This document shows positions 8,929 to 19,496 of a stretch of 64,000 bases of DNA, piece by piece (position 1 is the first letter of the stretch; the number at the start of each line of letters is the position of its first letter). The position numbers and the translations under genes were made by a program. A model generated the notes under the pieces. The model made no database searches and was not told the DNA's origin. It saw only the letters and a program-made list of their open reading frames with translations. Source of the stretch: an uncultured Clostridia bacterium (GTDB taxonomy: Bacteria > Bacillota > Clostridia > TANB77 > CAG-508); contig CALXVT010000001.1 of assembly GCA_944392175.1 (NCBI GenBank), positions 38,208 to 102,207 of the forward strand, read 5' to 3'.

Positions 8929-10680
8929 ATGAAAGCAATAGAAATTAGAAACAAATTTTTAAATTATTTTAAAAATCATGATCATAAAATAATACCAAGT
9001 GCACCATTAATACCAGTTAATGATCCTTCAGTATTATTTACAACTGCAGGTATGCAGCCACTAGTACCATATTTATTGGGAGAAAAACATCCAGAAGGAA
9101 ATAAATTAACAGATTATCAAAAATGTTTAAGAACAAACGATATTGATGAAGTTGGAGATAATAGACATTTAACATATTTCGAAATGCTAGGAAACTGGTC
9201 ATTAGGGGCATACTTTAAAGAAGAATCTATTAAAATGAGTTTTGAATTTTTAACAAAAGAATTAAATATTCCTGTAGAAAAACTATCAGTAACATGTTTT
9301 GCTGGAAATGAAGATGCTCCAAGAGATGATGAGGCAGCTAGAATTTGGGAAGAAGTAGGGATTCCAAAAGAGAGAATATATTTCTTAAAAGAAAACTGGT
9401 GGATTGCTGGAGAGGAAGGACCATGCGGACCAGATACAGAAATGTTTTATGATACCGGAAAACCAAAATGTTCAGAAGGATGTAATCCTGACTGTGATTG
9501 TGGTAAATATGTTGAAATATGGAATAATGTGTTTATGAAATATTTTAAACATAAAGATGGAACATTAACAGAATTAAAACAACATAATGTAGATACAGGA
9601 CTTGGTCTTGAAAGAATGACAATGTTATTACAAGGAAAAGAAACACCATTTGAAACAGAATTATTTGAGCCTATTATGAAAAAAATAGAAGAATTACAAA
9701 AAGTAGATAATATACAAAGTAGAAGAATAGTAGCAGAACATTTAAGAGCAAGTATGATGATAATAGCAGATGGTGGTAGACCAAGTAATATAGATAGAGG
9801 ATATATTTTAAGAAGATTAATAAGAAGAATGATAAGACATTTAAATAAATTGCAAATAAGCTTAAATGAAACAGAAAATTTAATTGATTTGAATGTTGAT
9901 AATTTAAAAGAAATGTATCCTGAACTATTAGAAAATAAAGAAACAATAAAACAAGTAATATTAGAAGAACAAAACAAATTTGTAAAAACTTTAGAACATG
10001 GGGAAAGAGAATTCTTTAAAGCCGCAAATAAAGCAAAAGCAGAAGGAAAAGATGTAATAGATTCTGAAACAGTATTTAAATTATATGACACATATGGATT
10101 TCCACCAGAAGTTACAGAGGAATTAGCAGAAGAAAATAATATAAAAGTAGATATGGAAGGATTTAATAAATTATTTAAAGAGCATCAAGATAAATCTAGA
10201 CAAGGTAGTGAACAAAAATTTAAAGGTGGTCTTGCAGAACAAAATGAAACAACAATTGCATATCATACTGCAACTCATTTATTACATGAAGCATTAAGAG
10301 AAGTTTTAGGAGATCATGTTAAACAAAGTGGATCAAATATAACAACAGAAAGATTAAGATTTGACTTTACACATCCTCAAAAAATGACAAAAGAGGAAAT
10401 ACAAAAAGTTGAAGATTTGGTAAACGAAAAAATACAAGAAGATTTACCAGTAACATGTGAAGAAATGAGTTATGATGATGCTAAAAAATCTGGAGCAATA
10501 GGACTATTTACAAGTAAATATGGAGATAGAGTAAAAGTTTATACAATAGGTAATTTTAGTAAAGAAATTTGTGGTGGACCTCATGTAACACATACAGGAG
10601 TACTTGGCAAATTCAAAATAAAGAAAGAAGAATCTAGTTCATCAGGTGTAAGAAGAATAAAGGCAGTATTAATAAAATAA
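8929..10680 (+). CDS. alanine--tRNA ligase-related protein (583 aa; class II catalytic core plus editing-domain Zn motifs, lacks the C-Ala domain)
   Basis: AlaRS N-terminal motifs (FTTAGMQPLVPY), editing HTATHLLH and CGGPHV. Stops about 290 aa short of canonical AlaRS. AGGAG RBS. Confidence 0.65.
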   Translation: MKAIEIRNKFLNYFKNHDHKIIPSAPLIPVNDPSVLFTTAGMQPLVPYLLGEKHPEGNKLTDYQKCLRTNDIDEVGDNRHLTYFEMLGNWSLGAYFKEESIKMSFEFLTKELNIPVEKLSVTCFAGNEDAPRDDEAARIWEEVGIPKERIYFLKENWWIAGEEGPCGPDTEMFYDTGKPKCSEGCNPDCDCGKYVEIWNNVFMKYFKHKDGTLTELKQHNVDTGLGLERMTMLLQGKETPFETELFEPIMKKIEELQKVDNIQSRRIVAEHLRASMMIIADGGRPSNIDRGYILRRLIRRMIRHLNKLQISLNETENLIDLNVDNLKEMYPELLENKETIKQVILEEQNKFVKTLEHGEREFFKAANKAKAEGKDVIDSETVFKLYDTYGFPPEVTEELAEENNIKVDMEGFNKLFKEHQDKSRQGSEQKFKGGLAEQNETTIAYHTATHLLHEALREVLGDHVKQSGSNITTERLRFDFTHPQKMTKEEIQKVEDLVNEKIQEDLPVTCEEMSYDDAKKSGAIGLFTSKYGDRVKVYTIGNFSKEICGGPHVTHTGVLGKFKIKKEESSSSGVRRIKAVLIK

Positions 10681-10769
10681 TAGAAGGAATTTTGAGGATT
10701 TTTCTTAAATTAAACTTATAATAAATTTTGTTTTAGCAATTATAATTACTAAAACCTATGGAGGTAAAA

Positions 10770-11114
10770 ATGGAAGATTGTTTATTTTGTAAAATTATAA
10801 AAGGTGAAATACCATCAACAAAAGTATATGAAGATGATGAGATATTAGCATTCAAAGATATAAATCCAATAGCACCAGTACATATATTGGTTATTCCAAA
10901 AAAACATTATAATGACATTAGTGAAGTGCCAGAGAATGAGTCAGAGATAATCGGAAAAATTCATATGGTTATAAACAAAATTGCTAAAGAGCAAGGTATT
11001 TCAGAAAAAGGATATAGAATCATAAATAATTGTAAAGAAGATGGGGGACAAGAAGTTAAACATTTGCATTTTCACTTAATTGGTGGAAAAAAGTTAGGTA
11101 CAAAAATGTGTTAA
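10770..11114 (+). CDS. HIT family (histidine triad) nucleotide hydrolase
   Basis: HFHLIGG histidine triad. GGAGGT RBS before the ATG at 10770. Confidence 0.8.
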   Translation: MEDCLFCKIIKGEIPSTKVYEDDEILAFKDINPIAPVHILVIPKKHYNDISEVPENESEIIGKIHMVINKIAKEQGISEKGYRIINNCKEDGGQEVKHLHFHLIGGKKLGTKMC

Positions 11115-11213
11115 GATTCTTTAAATAACAAATGAAAATTTACATAAGGTCTATGAAAAAAAGACCAAATGTGGTATAATATACTTTAGAGAAAAAGTTA
11201 TGGAGGTAAAGTT

Positions 11214-11879
11214 ATGTTTATAGATAGTAAATATAGTAAAGTATTAACAGTATTATTAATTGTTGTAATTATTGGAATTGTTGGATTACTAGGTTTCTTT
11301 GGATATCAAGTTCTTTCTGGTATATTTTCAGATAAAGATAAAGATGAATTTATGTCTGAATATAGAAATGAGCTAGGTATACAAGCAGAAGAAGAAAACG
11401 AAATAACATCAGGGGATTTAAATCTTATAACTGATATTGACCAAGTACAAAATGGTGGTACTTCTGGAACAGTAAAACAGTATAAAGGTTTTAATGTATT
11501 AGGAACAATCGAAATTCCAAGAACTGGTGTAGATCTTCCTATATTAGATGCTAGAACAACAAAAGCTTTAAATACATCATGTATATTACAATATGGCCCA
11601 GGACCTAACCAAATAGGTAATACTGTAATTGCCGGACATAACTATAGAAATGGAAAATTCTTTTCAGATAATTATAAAATAGAAAATGGAGATACAATAT
11701 ACATAACAGATAATTCTGGTCAAAGATTAAAATATGTAGTATATAATAAATATCAAACAACTCCAGAAGATGCTGATTATATGGATAGAGATACAAACGG
11801 AAAACCAGAAATATCTTTAACAACTTGTACAGATGATAGTAAAGCAAGAATTATTATATGGGCAAAATTAGCAGAATAA
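11214..11879 (+). CDS. sortase (N-terminal TM anchor, catalytic LTTCT motif)
   Basis: Motifs AGHNY, LTTC catalytic Cys and a conserved Arg region. 221 aa. Confidence 0.75.
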   Translation: MFIDSKYSKVLTVLLIVVIIGIVGLLGFFGYQVLSGIFSDKDKDEFMSEYRNELGIQAEEENEITSGDLNLITDIDQVQNGGTSGTVKQYKGFNVLGTIEIPRTGVDLPILDARTTKALNTSCILQYGPGPNQIGNTVIAGHNYRNGKFFSDNYKIENGDTIYITDNSGQRLKYVVYNKYQTTPEDADYMDRDTNGKPEISLTTCTDDSKARIIIWAKLAE

Positions 11880-11895
11880 AATTTAATATTAACAT

Positions 11896-11950
11896 AGTCG
11901 CCGTATATGTATATATTCGGCGATTATTAAATTTGTTTTGTTGAAATAAG
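11896..11950 (+). terminator. terminator after sortase 1
   Basis: tcgccgtatat...atattcggcga hairpin plus T-rich tail. Confidence 0.45.
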
Positions 11951-11982
11951 GATTTTGAGTAAGCCTTAGGTAGGAGGATAAT

Positions 11983-12666
11983 ATGTCTGCAAAAAATGCA
12001 TATAATAAAATTTTAACAATTTTTTTAATAATAATGGGAATAATCTTAGTAGGTATTGTAGGATATATGATATATGAACAGATTTCTGCAAAATTGATAA
12101 ATGACGAATCAGAAGAGTTTATTTCTGAATTTGATGAAGAAATGAATACTACAGATTCAGATATTGTAACAGATGAAGATAATTCAAGTCAAAGTGGTAA
12201 CACAGAAGAAGGAACAAGTAAAAGTTCAAGAGTAGCAAGTAGCAGATCAAGTAAAAATAAAAAATCTACAAAAAAATATTATAGCTATGATATTTGTGGA
12301 TATATAAGAATTCCAAAAACTGGGATTAAATATCCTATAATTGCAGAATATTCTAGAAATGCATTAGAAAAAGGAATTTGTCTTGAATATGGACCTGGAC
12401 CAAATGAACCAGGAAATACTGTTTTAGCTGGTCATAATTATTTGAATAGATTATTTTTTTCAAAGAATAAAAATTTAAAAAAAGGAGATAAAATATATAT
12501 AACAGATATATATGGTGTAACTGTAGAATATACGATTTACAAAAAATATACAACTAAACCAACAGATACTAGTTATTATTTTAGAGATACAAATGGAGAG
12601 CCAGAATTAACATTAGCAACTTGTTCAAATAATGGATCAAAAAGATTAATTTTATATGCAAAATAG
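11983..12666 (+). CDS. sortase paralog (N-terminal TM, Ser/Asp-rich linker, LTLATCS motif)
   Basis: Paralog of 11214-11879: YGPGPN...GNTV.AGHNY...TLATC conserved. Confidence 0.75.
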   Translation: MSAKNAYNKILTIFLIIMGIILVGIVGYMIYEQISAKLINDESEEFISEFDEEMNTTDSDIVTDEDNSSQSGNTEEGTSKSSRVASSRSSKNKKSTKKYYSYDICGYIRIPKTGIKYPIIAEYSRNALEKGICLEYGPGPNEPGNTVLAGHNYLNRLFFSKNKNLKKGDKIYITDIYGVTVEYTIYKKYTTKPTDTSYYFRDTNGEPELTLATCSNNGSKRLILYAK

Positions 12667-12775
12667 TTGAAAAATTTTTTATAAAATGATAAAATATAGA
12701 CACTTTAAAAGGGAGTAGCTTAAGAACTACTAATCAACAGTCTCGAAATATTCTGGTTAGTAACCTAAAGAAGGT

Positions 12776-12826
12776 AAGCAAGACTTTTAAAAGACTACAA
12801 AAGTCTTTTAGGAGTCTTTTTTTGAT
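12776..12826 (+). promoter_or_regulatory. attenuator-like element with alternative hairpins, ending in a terminator-like stem plus U-run, upstream of the P-type ATPase
   Basis: Four mutually complementary segments: aagactttt / aaaagactac / aaaagtctttt / agtcttttttt. Confidence 0.35.
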
Positions 12827-12897
12827 GATAATTATTATTAAATTATCTAAAAAAGACTATAAAGCACTTTTCAAGGTCAAAAAAATTTAAAGGAGAG

Positions 12898-15702
12898 ATG
12901 AAAAAAGTGGAATGGTATAACAAAAGCAAAGAGGAGATTAAGGAAGAGTTAAATGCTGATTTTCAAACAGGATTAACCTCAGAACAAGTTAAACAAAATC
13001 GAGAAAAATATGGAGCAAATGAATTGCAACAAAAGAAAAAGAAATCTTTAATTGTTAAATTTTTAGAACAGTTTAAAGATTTTATGATTATCGTACTAAT
13101 TATTGCAGCTATTGTATCTGGTATTGTTGGTGTAGCAGAAGGAGAAGGAATAACAGATACAATAATTATATTAATAGTTGTAGTTTTAAATGCAATAATT
13201 GGTGTAGTTCAAGAAAATAAAGCAGAAAAATCACTAGAAGCTTTACAAAAATTAAGTGCACATGCATCAAAAGTACTTCGTAATGGAAAAATAGATGTAG
13301 TGCAATCTAAGGAATTAGTACCTGGAGATATAGTTGTATTAGATACAGGTGATTATGTACCAGCAGATCTAAGAATAATAGAAAGTGTTAACTTAAAATC
13401 ACAAGAAGCATCATTAACAGGAGAATCTGTTCCGGTAGATAAAAATGATGAAGTTATAAAAGAAGAGAAAGTTGGAATTGGTGATAGAACAAATATGCTA
13501 TTTTCATCTTCATTAATAACATATGGTAGAGGAAAAGGTGTAGTTGTTGAAACTGGTATGAATACAGAAGTTGGAAAAATAGCTAAAATCATCAATGATG
13601 CAGAAGGAACTGTAACACCATTACAATTAAAATTAAACAAATTAGGAAAGACTTTAGGAATTGCTGCATTGGTAATCTGCATTGTAATTTTCGTAATTGG
13701 TATTGCATATGGTAAAAATGTAATAGATATGTTTATGACTGCTGTAAGCTTAGCTGTTGCAGCAATACCAGAAGGATTAGCAGCAGTATCTACAATCGTT
13801 TTAGCAATTGGTGTTCAAAGAATGGTAAAGAAAAATGCTATTATAAAGAAATTGCCAGCAGTTGAAACATTAGGTAGTGCAACAGTTATTTGTTCTGATA
13901 AAACAGGAACTTTAACACAAAATAAAATGACAGTACAAAAAGTATTTACAAATAATAAACTTGTAAATACAGAAGATATTAAAGAATTAAGTGATGAAGG
14001 TAAAAAATTAATGTATGTTTGTTCATTATGTAATGATACAAAAATTGGGGAAAACAATACATTAACAGGAGATCCAACAGAAACAGCATTAATAGATTTA
14101 GGAATGAAAATTAATTTTGAGTTAGATGATGTTTTAAAATTGCCTAGAGTAAAAGAATATCCATTTGATTCAGATAGAAAATTAATGACAACAGTAAACA
14201 AAGTTGGAGATAAATTTATTGCGTTTACAAAAGGTGGAATAGATGAATTACTTGCTAAATGTAATTCTTATCAGATAAATGGTGAAATAAAAACAGATTT
14301 AGAAAAATATAAACCAGAGATAGAAAAATATAATGTCGAAATGGCTAAAGATGCTTTAAGAGTTTTAGCTATGGCATATAAAGAATTAGACCATGAGCCA
14401 ACAGATGAAGAAATGAAAAATATAGAACAAGATTTAACTTTTGTTGGTATGGTAGGTATGATAGATCCACCAAGAGAAGAAGTAAAACTTGCTGTAGAAA
14501 AATGTAAAACAGCTGGAATAAAAACTGTAATGATTACAGGAGATCATAAAATAACAGCTGTAGCAATTGCAAAAGCTCTTGGAATATTAGAAAATGAAGA
14601 TGAAGCTATAACAGGTGCAGAGCTTGAAGAAATGTCTGATGAAGATTTAACAAAAAATATCAGAAAATATTCAGTTTATGCAAGAGTTTCACCAGAACAT
14701 AAAGTTAGAATAGTAAAAGCATGGCAAGCAAATGGAGAAATTGTTGCTATGACGGGTGATGGTGTAAATGACGCACCAGCATTAAAAACTGCAGACATTG
14801 GTTGTGCAATGGGAATAGTTGGTACAGATGTATCAAAAGAAGCTGCAGATGTAATTTTAACAGATGACAATTTTGCAACAATAGTATCTTCAGTAGAAGA
14901 AGGTAGACGTATTTATGATAATATTTTAAAGGCAATTCAATTTTTACTTTCAAGTAATGTTGGTGAAATCATAGCTTTATTTATTGCAATATTAATTACA
15001 CCATGGATTAGTAGTACTTTTGGAATAGATGTAAATTTAATAGAAATTTTACTACCAATTCATATATTATGGGTAAACCTAGTTACAGACTCACTTCCAG
15101 CATTAGCCTTAGCTGTTGATCCTGCTGAAGACGATGTGATGAAAAGAAAACCTAAAAAACAAAAAGGTATATTTACAAAAGGTATGAGTTTTAGAGTAGT
15201 ATATCAAGGAATTATGATTGGTTTACTTACACTTGCAGCATTTATAATAGGATTAGCTACACCTGACGAAAACTTACCAGAAATGATTAAGATGGATAAT
15301 AAACTATATTCTGTAGAAGAAATTGAAAATATTGATGAAGCTCTAGCTAATGGTGCAGAATATGTAGATAAACAAGAAATAAAAGTTGAAATAGGACAAG
15401 CTATGGCATTTATAGTATTGGCATTTTCTGAACTTGTACATGTATTTAATATTAGAAATAATAAAAAATCAATATTTAGAACACATCCACTTAATAATAA
15501 GATGTTATTACTTGCAATTGGTGCATCAGCATTGTTAATGCTTGTAATATTATTTATACCAGCATTAAGACATTTATTTAGTATTCCAATTTTACCTATT
15601 GGAAATCTAATAGAAACAATTCTTTTAGTAATTGCTCCAATAGTAATAGTTGAAATATTTAAATTATTAAAAATTAATACTTCAAAAGACGAAGTTGCTT
15701 AA
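12898..15702 (+). CDS. calcium-translocating P-type ATPase (PMCA/SERCA type)
   Basis: P-type motifs CSDKTGTLT, TGDGVNDAPAL. 934 aa, 10 TM. Confidence 0.85.
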   Translation: MKKVEWYNKSKEEIKEELNADFQTGLTSEQVKQNREKYGANELQQKKKKSLIVKFLEQFKDFMIIVLIIAAIVSGIVGVAEGEGITDTIIILIVVVLNAIIGVVQENKAEKSLEALQKLSAHASKVLRNGKIDVVQSKELVPGDIVVLDTGDYVPADLRIIESVNLKSQEASLTGESVPVDKNDEVIKEEKVGIGDRTNMLFSSSLITYGRGKGVVVETGMNTEVGKIAKIINDAEGTVTPLQLKLNKLGKTLGIAALVICIVIFVIGIAYGKNVIDMFMTAVSLAVAAIPEGLAAVSTIVLAIGVQRMVKKNAIIKKLPAVETLGSATVICSDKTGTLTQNKMTVQKVFTNNKLVNTEDIKELSDEGKKLMYVCSLCNDTKIGENNTLTGDPTETALIDLGMKINFELDDVLKLPRVKEYPFDSDRKLMTTVNKVGDKFIAFTKGGIDELLAKCNSYQINGEIKTDLEKYKPEIEKYNVEMAKDALRVLAMAYKELDHEPTDEEMKNIEQDLTFVGMVGMIDPPREEVKLAVEKCKTAGIKTVMITGDHKITAVAIAKALGILENEDEAITGAELEEMSDEDLTKNIRKYSVYARVSPEHKVRIVKAWQANGEIVAMTGDGVNDAPALKTADIGCAMGIVGTDVSKEAADVILTDDNFATIVSSVEEGRRIYDNILKAIQFLLSSNVGEIIALFIAILITPWISSTFGIDVNLIEILLPIHILWVNLVTDSLPALALAVDPAEDDVMKRKPKKQKGIFTKGMSFRVVYQGIMIGLLTLAAFIIGLATPDENLPEMIKMDNKLYSVEEIENIDEALANGAEYVDKQEIKVEIGQAMAFIVLAFSELVHVFNIRNNKKSIFRTHPLNNKMLLLAIGASALLMLVILFIPALRHLFSIPILPIGNLIETILLVIAPIVIVEIFKLLKINTSKDEVA

Positions 15703-15720
15703 GGAGTATAAATATTAACA

Positions 15721-15752
15721 AAACGAACTTATTTAAGTTCGTTTTGTTTTAA
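15721..15752 (+). terminator. rho-independent terminator
   Basis: aaacgaactt...aagttcgttttgtttt. Confidence 0.6.
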
Positions 15753-15823
15753 GTTTATGATGTTTGATTTTTTACATATACTGATATATAATAGCAAAAG
15801 AATAAAAACATAGGTGAAGGACA

Positions 15824-16687
15824 ATGATACTAGATTTAATAGAAGTAAAACCAAAATTAAATATAAAAAAAGTAATTTTAGTGTCAATTATTACGTTATT
15901 AATAATTGCATTAATAGGTACTTTAGCTACATTTGGCATATTACACAAAATAAAGTTAAATACATTAAAAGAAGAACAAATTGCACAAAGAGTAAAAATT
16001 ACACATAAAGTCTATATAACAGATGAAGATAAAAAGAATAATATGGTAAAAAAAGTAGAAAAAATTTATAATTCAGATTATAAAAGAGTATTTTTAACTT
16101 TTGATGATGGACCATCAAAATCTGTTACAATACCGATATTAGATATACTAAAAGAAAATAATATAAAAGCAACATTCTTTATGTTAGGAAGTAATGTGAA
16201 TAGATATCCAGAGATTGTAAAAAGAGCTTATCAAGAAGGACATTATATTGCAAATCATAGTTTCACACATGAATATAAGAAAATATATGAATCTCCGGAT
16301 AAAGTATTAGAAGAATATAATAAAACTGAAAAAGCAATAAGAAAAGCTATTGGAGATAATACTTATAATTCTAGATTATTCAGATTCCCAGGCGGAAGTG
16401 TGGGTGGTAAATATGACAAAAATAAGCAAGAAGCAATAAAATTATTAAATAAAAACAATATTGCACATTTGGATTGGAATGCTTTAACTGCTGATGCAGC
16501 AGGAATTAAAGATGCGAACGAAATGCTTAAATATGTTGAAGAAACGATAGGAAATAAAAAAAGTGTGGTCATTCTAATGCATGATATGGGGACAAAAAAA
16601 GCAACATATGAAATTTTACCTAAACTTATTAATGCATTAAAAGAAAAAGGATATGTTTTTGAAAATATATATGATTTATTAAGATGA
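15824..16687 (+). CDS. polysaccharide deacetylase (NodB homology domain), membrane anchored
   Basis: TFDDGPS and HSFTH NodB motifs. N-terminal TM. Confidence 0.8.
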   Translation: MILDLIEVKPKLNIKKVILVSIITLLIIALIGTLATFGILHKIKLNTLKEEQIAQRVKITHKVYITDEDKKNNMVKKVEKIYNSDYKRVFLTFDDGPSKSVTIPILDILKENNIKATFFMLGSNVNRYPEIVKRAYQEGHYIANHSFTHEYKKIYESPDKVLEEYNKTEKAIRKAIGDNTYNSRLFRFPGGSVGGKYDKNKQEAIKLLNKNNIAHLDWNALTADAAGIKDANEMLKYVEETIGNKKSVVILMHDMGTKKATYEILPKLINALKEKGYVFENIYDLLR

Positions 16688-16693
16688 AATTTA

Positions 16694-16738
16694 TAAAAGC
16701 TCAAGATAACAATTAAAAGTTTTCTTGAGCTTTTTTAT
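16694..16738. terminator. bidirectional terminator between convergent genes
   Basis: aaagctcaag...cttgagcttttttat. Confidence 0.55.
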
Positions 16739-16741
16739 AAT

Positions 16742-17473
16742 TTATTTTAGTATAACAATTGCATGAATCTTTTTATCATCTAAACTTTTTATAACGACTT
16801 TATGAGTATTTTCATCAAAAGAATAGCAAGCTTTTACAGTATCATGAAGTCTAATTTGTTTTTTATACATTATTTCAAAATTATCGAATAAATTATTTTC
16901 ATAAACATTTTCTGGCAAAGCTTCATATGCAATATCAAGATAATATAAATTATGCAAGTGTTTGTTTACATCTATTTGAGGTCTAGTAACAGTATAATTA
17001 ATTTCTTGACTATATTTTTTAGAATCTGATAATTTTTTTATTTCAGCTTCTGAATCTGAAAAAACACTCTTTGTATCTGGTTTATAATTGTGTATTACAT
17101 CTTCTGGAATAGCTGAAATTCTTCCAATTTCTGTATTTACTAATACCCACTTAGATGTTGCAATAATAACTAATTCATTATTTTGGTTATATACTTCAAA
17201 GTCTCTATATGTAGAAAATTTTTCAGGATTCTTAGCCCAAGTTTTAATATGTAATTTGTCACCATAAACAGGTCTTTTTAATACTTTAACTTTCCAACCT
17301 AATAATACCCATGATAAATGTGTATTTACTATATCATTTAGTCCAAAATTTATACTATCAGAATGATAAGCCCCAGCATCTTCAAAAAAGGATAAAATAG
17401 CTTTATTACTTAATTTGTTGTATTTTTCAACATCTTTAAGTCCAATTTCAAAATCATGTTCAAAAGATCCCAT
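16742..17473 (-). CDS. acyl-ACP thioesterase family protein (double hotdog)
   Basis: 243 aa. Size and hotdog-like composition fit PF01643. Assigned from memory of the family, not from exact motifs. Confidence 0.5.
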   Translation of the reverse strand: MGSFEHDFEIGLKDVEKYNKLSNKAILSFFEDAGAYHSDSINFGLNDIVNTHLSWVLLGWKVKVLKRPVYGDKLHIKTWAKNPEKFSTYRDFEVYNQNNELVIIATSKWVLVNTEIGRISAIPEDVIHNYKPDTKSVFSDSEAEIKKLSDSKKYSQEINYTVTRPQIDVNKHLHNLYYLDIAYEALPENVYENNLFDNFEIMYKKQIRLHDTVKACYSFDENTHKVVIKSLDDKKIHAIVILK

Positions 17474-17612
17474 AAAATTTCCTCCTTCATATATTATGAA
17501 ATTTTAACACAAAATAATATTAAATACAAATAAATTATTATACTAACCGGTTCATAAACGTTTACAAAATATAATAATTGTGCCATAATATAAACGTATA
17601 GGAGTGATATAA

Positions 17613-19484
17613 ATGAGAATATTGAAAGATTTTAAAATCCCAGATTTTAAATTTCCAAAAATGAAAATGGAAGGGATGGAAAACATTCAGGAAATGAATG
17701 TAAACTATGATGAAATTGAACAAATAAAGGATAAGAAAAACAAAAAATTTTATCCAGCAACACATTATAAAACAGTTAAAGAAATATTTAAAAGATCAAT
17801 AGATATATATAAAAACAATATTTATATTTTAGAGAGACCAAATCATGACCATAAAGCAAAATTTGAAGAATTTACTTATGAAAGATTTGGAAATGATGTA
17901 ATTAATTTAGGTACAGGTCTCATAAAATATTTAAATTTAAAAGATGAAAGAATTGTAATAATAGGGGAAAACACATATTATTGGTATGTTTCATATTTTT
18001 CTATTTTATGTGGTGCAGGTTTAGCTGTTCCAGTAGATAAGGAATTACCAGTAAATGAAATAGAAAATGTAATAAAACGTTCTCATGCTTCAGCTGTAAT
18101 ATATTCAAAGAAGAAAAAAGATGCAATAGATAAAATAAAAGATAATTTACCAATGGTTAAATATTTTATTGAAATGAATAGTGAAGATGGCGTACAAGGT
18201 CGAGATGTAGGTATAGAACATATTATAGCAGAAGGAAAGAAATATACAGATGAAGGTAATACAGAATATATGGATATAGAAATAGATCCAGAAGAATTTA
18301 AATTTTTAATTTTTACATCTGGAACAACATCACAAGCTAAAGGTGTAATGTTAAATCATAGAAATTTAGCAGCAAATGTTAATGCAGTTTCTACATATGT
18401 AAAAATAAATGAATGGGATAGGTTTTTCTCTGTATTACCACTTCACCATACATATGAATCTTCAATTGGAGCATTACTTCCTTTTGCAAATGGTTCATCT
18501 GTTGCAGTATGTGGAGGATTAAGATATATTGTACCAGATATGCAAGAATCACATCCTACAGCAATGCTTGCAGTTCCATTATTAGTAGAAAACTTATATA
18601 AAAAGATTAATCAATCAATTGAAAAAAGTGGAAAAGCAGGACTTGTAAATTCTATGATACATGTAACAAATGCTTTAAAAAGTGTGGGAATAGATATTAA
18701 GAAAAAAGTATTTAAAGAAATATATGATAATTTGGGCGGAAATATGAGAATAATAGTTTCTGCTGCAGCTCCAATGGATAAGAAAATTGGAAAATGGGTT
18801 CAAGATATTGGAATTGAATTTTTACAAGGTTATGGACTTACAGAAACAGCACCTATTTCAGCTCTTACACCAGAATGTGATCCAAGAGTTGGTTCAGTAG
18901 GACTTCCTGTAAATTGTGCAAAAATAAAAATACATAATCCAAATGAAAATGGAGAAGGAGAAATTTGGATAAAGAGTGAAACCTTAATGATGGGATATTA
19001 CGAAGATGAGGAAGCAACAAAAGAAGTTATACATGATGGCTGGTTTAATTCTGGAGATATAGGATATATGGACAAAGATGGATATGTATATGTAACAGGA
19101 AGAAGTAAAAATGTTATTGTAACACAAAATGGAAAAAATATATATCCAGAAGAAATAGAATTATTATTATCAAAAATACCAGAAATTTCAGAAAGTATGG
19201 TGTATGGTAAAGAAGTTGCAGGTGAAAAAGAGTTAATAATTACAGCTAAGGTTATTCCAAACCAAGAAGAAATAGAAAGACTACACGGAAAAGATTTAAC
19301 AGAAGAACAAATACATAAAATAATTTGGGACAAAATAAAAGAAGTAAATAAAAGTTTAACATCATATAAAGCAATTAAAAAATTAGAATTAAAACATGAT
19401 GAGTTTGAAAAAACAACAACAATGAAAATTAAAAGATATGTAGAATTGCAAAAAGAAAAAGATAAAGAAAATAAACAAAAATAG
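17613..19484 (+). CDS. long-chain-fatty-acid--CoA ligase (AMP-binding family)
   Basis: AMP-binding motif FTSGTTSQAKGV, GYGLTET. 623 aa. Confidence 0.8.
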   Translation: MRILKDFKIPDFKFPKMKMEGMENIQEMNVNYDEIEQIKDKKNKKFYPATHYKTVKEIFKRSIDIYKNNIYILERPNHDHKAKFEEFTYERFGNDVINLGTGLIKYLNLKDERIVIIGENTYYWYVSYFSILCGAGLAVPVDKELPVNEIENVIKRSHASAVIYSKKKKDAIDKIKDNLPMVKYFIEMNSEDGVQGRDVGIEHIIAEGKKYTDEGNTEYMDIEIDPEEFKFLIFTSGTTSQAKGVMLNHRNLAANVNAVSTYVKINEWDRFFSVLPLHHTYESSIGALLPFANGSSVAVCGGLRYIVPDMQESHPTAMLAVPLLVENLYKKINQSIEKSGKAGLVNSMIHVTNALKSVGIDIKKKVFKEIYDNLGGNMRIIVSAAAPMDKKIGKWVQDIGIEFLQGYGLTETAPISALTPECDPRVGSVGLPVNCAKIKIHNPNENGEGEIWIKSETLMMGYYEDEEATKEVIHDGWFNSGDIGYMDKDGYVYVTGRSKNVIVTQNGKNIYPEEIELLLSKIPEISESMVYGKEVAGEKELIITAKVIPNQEEIERLHGKDLTEEQIHKIIWDKIKEVNKSLTSYKAIKKLELKHDEFEKTTTMKIKRYVELQKEKDKENKQK

Positions 19485-19496
19485 TTTGGAGGCAAA

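Noticed and set aside
12700-12830. M-box (Mg) riboswitch upstream of the P-type ATPase
   Set aside because: The segment is too short and lacks the conserved M-box core, with only a GGTTAG resemblance. I retained it only as a generic attenuator candidate.
15814-16008. ORF 15814-16008 overlapping the deacetylase start
   Set aside because: Out-of-frame overlap, with no RBS. The deacetylase frame is the homology-supported one.
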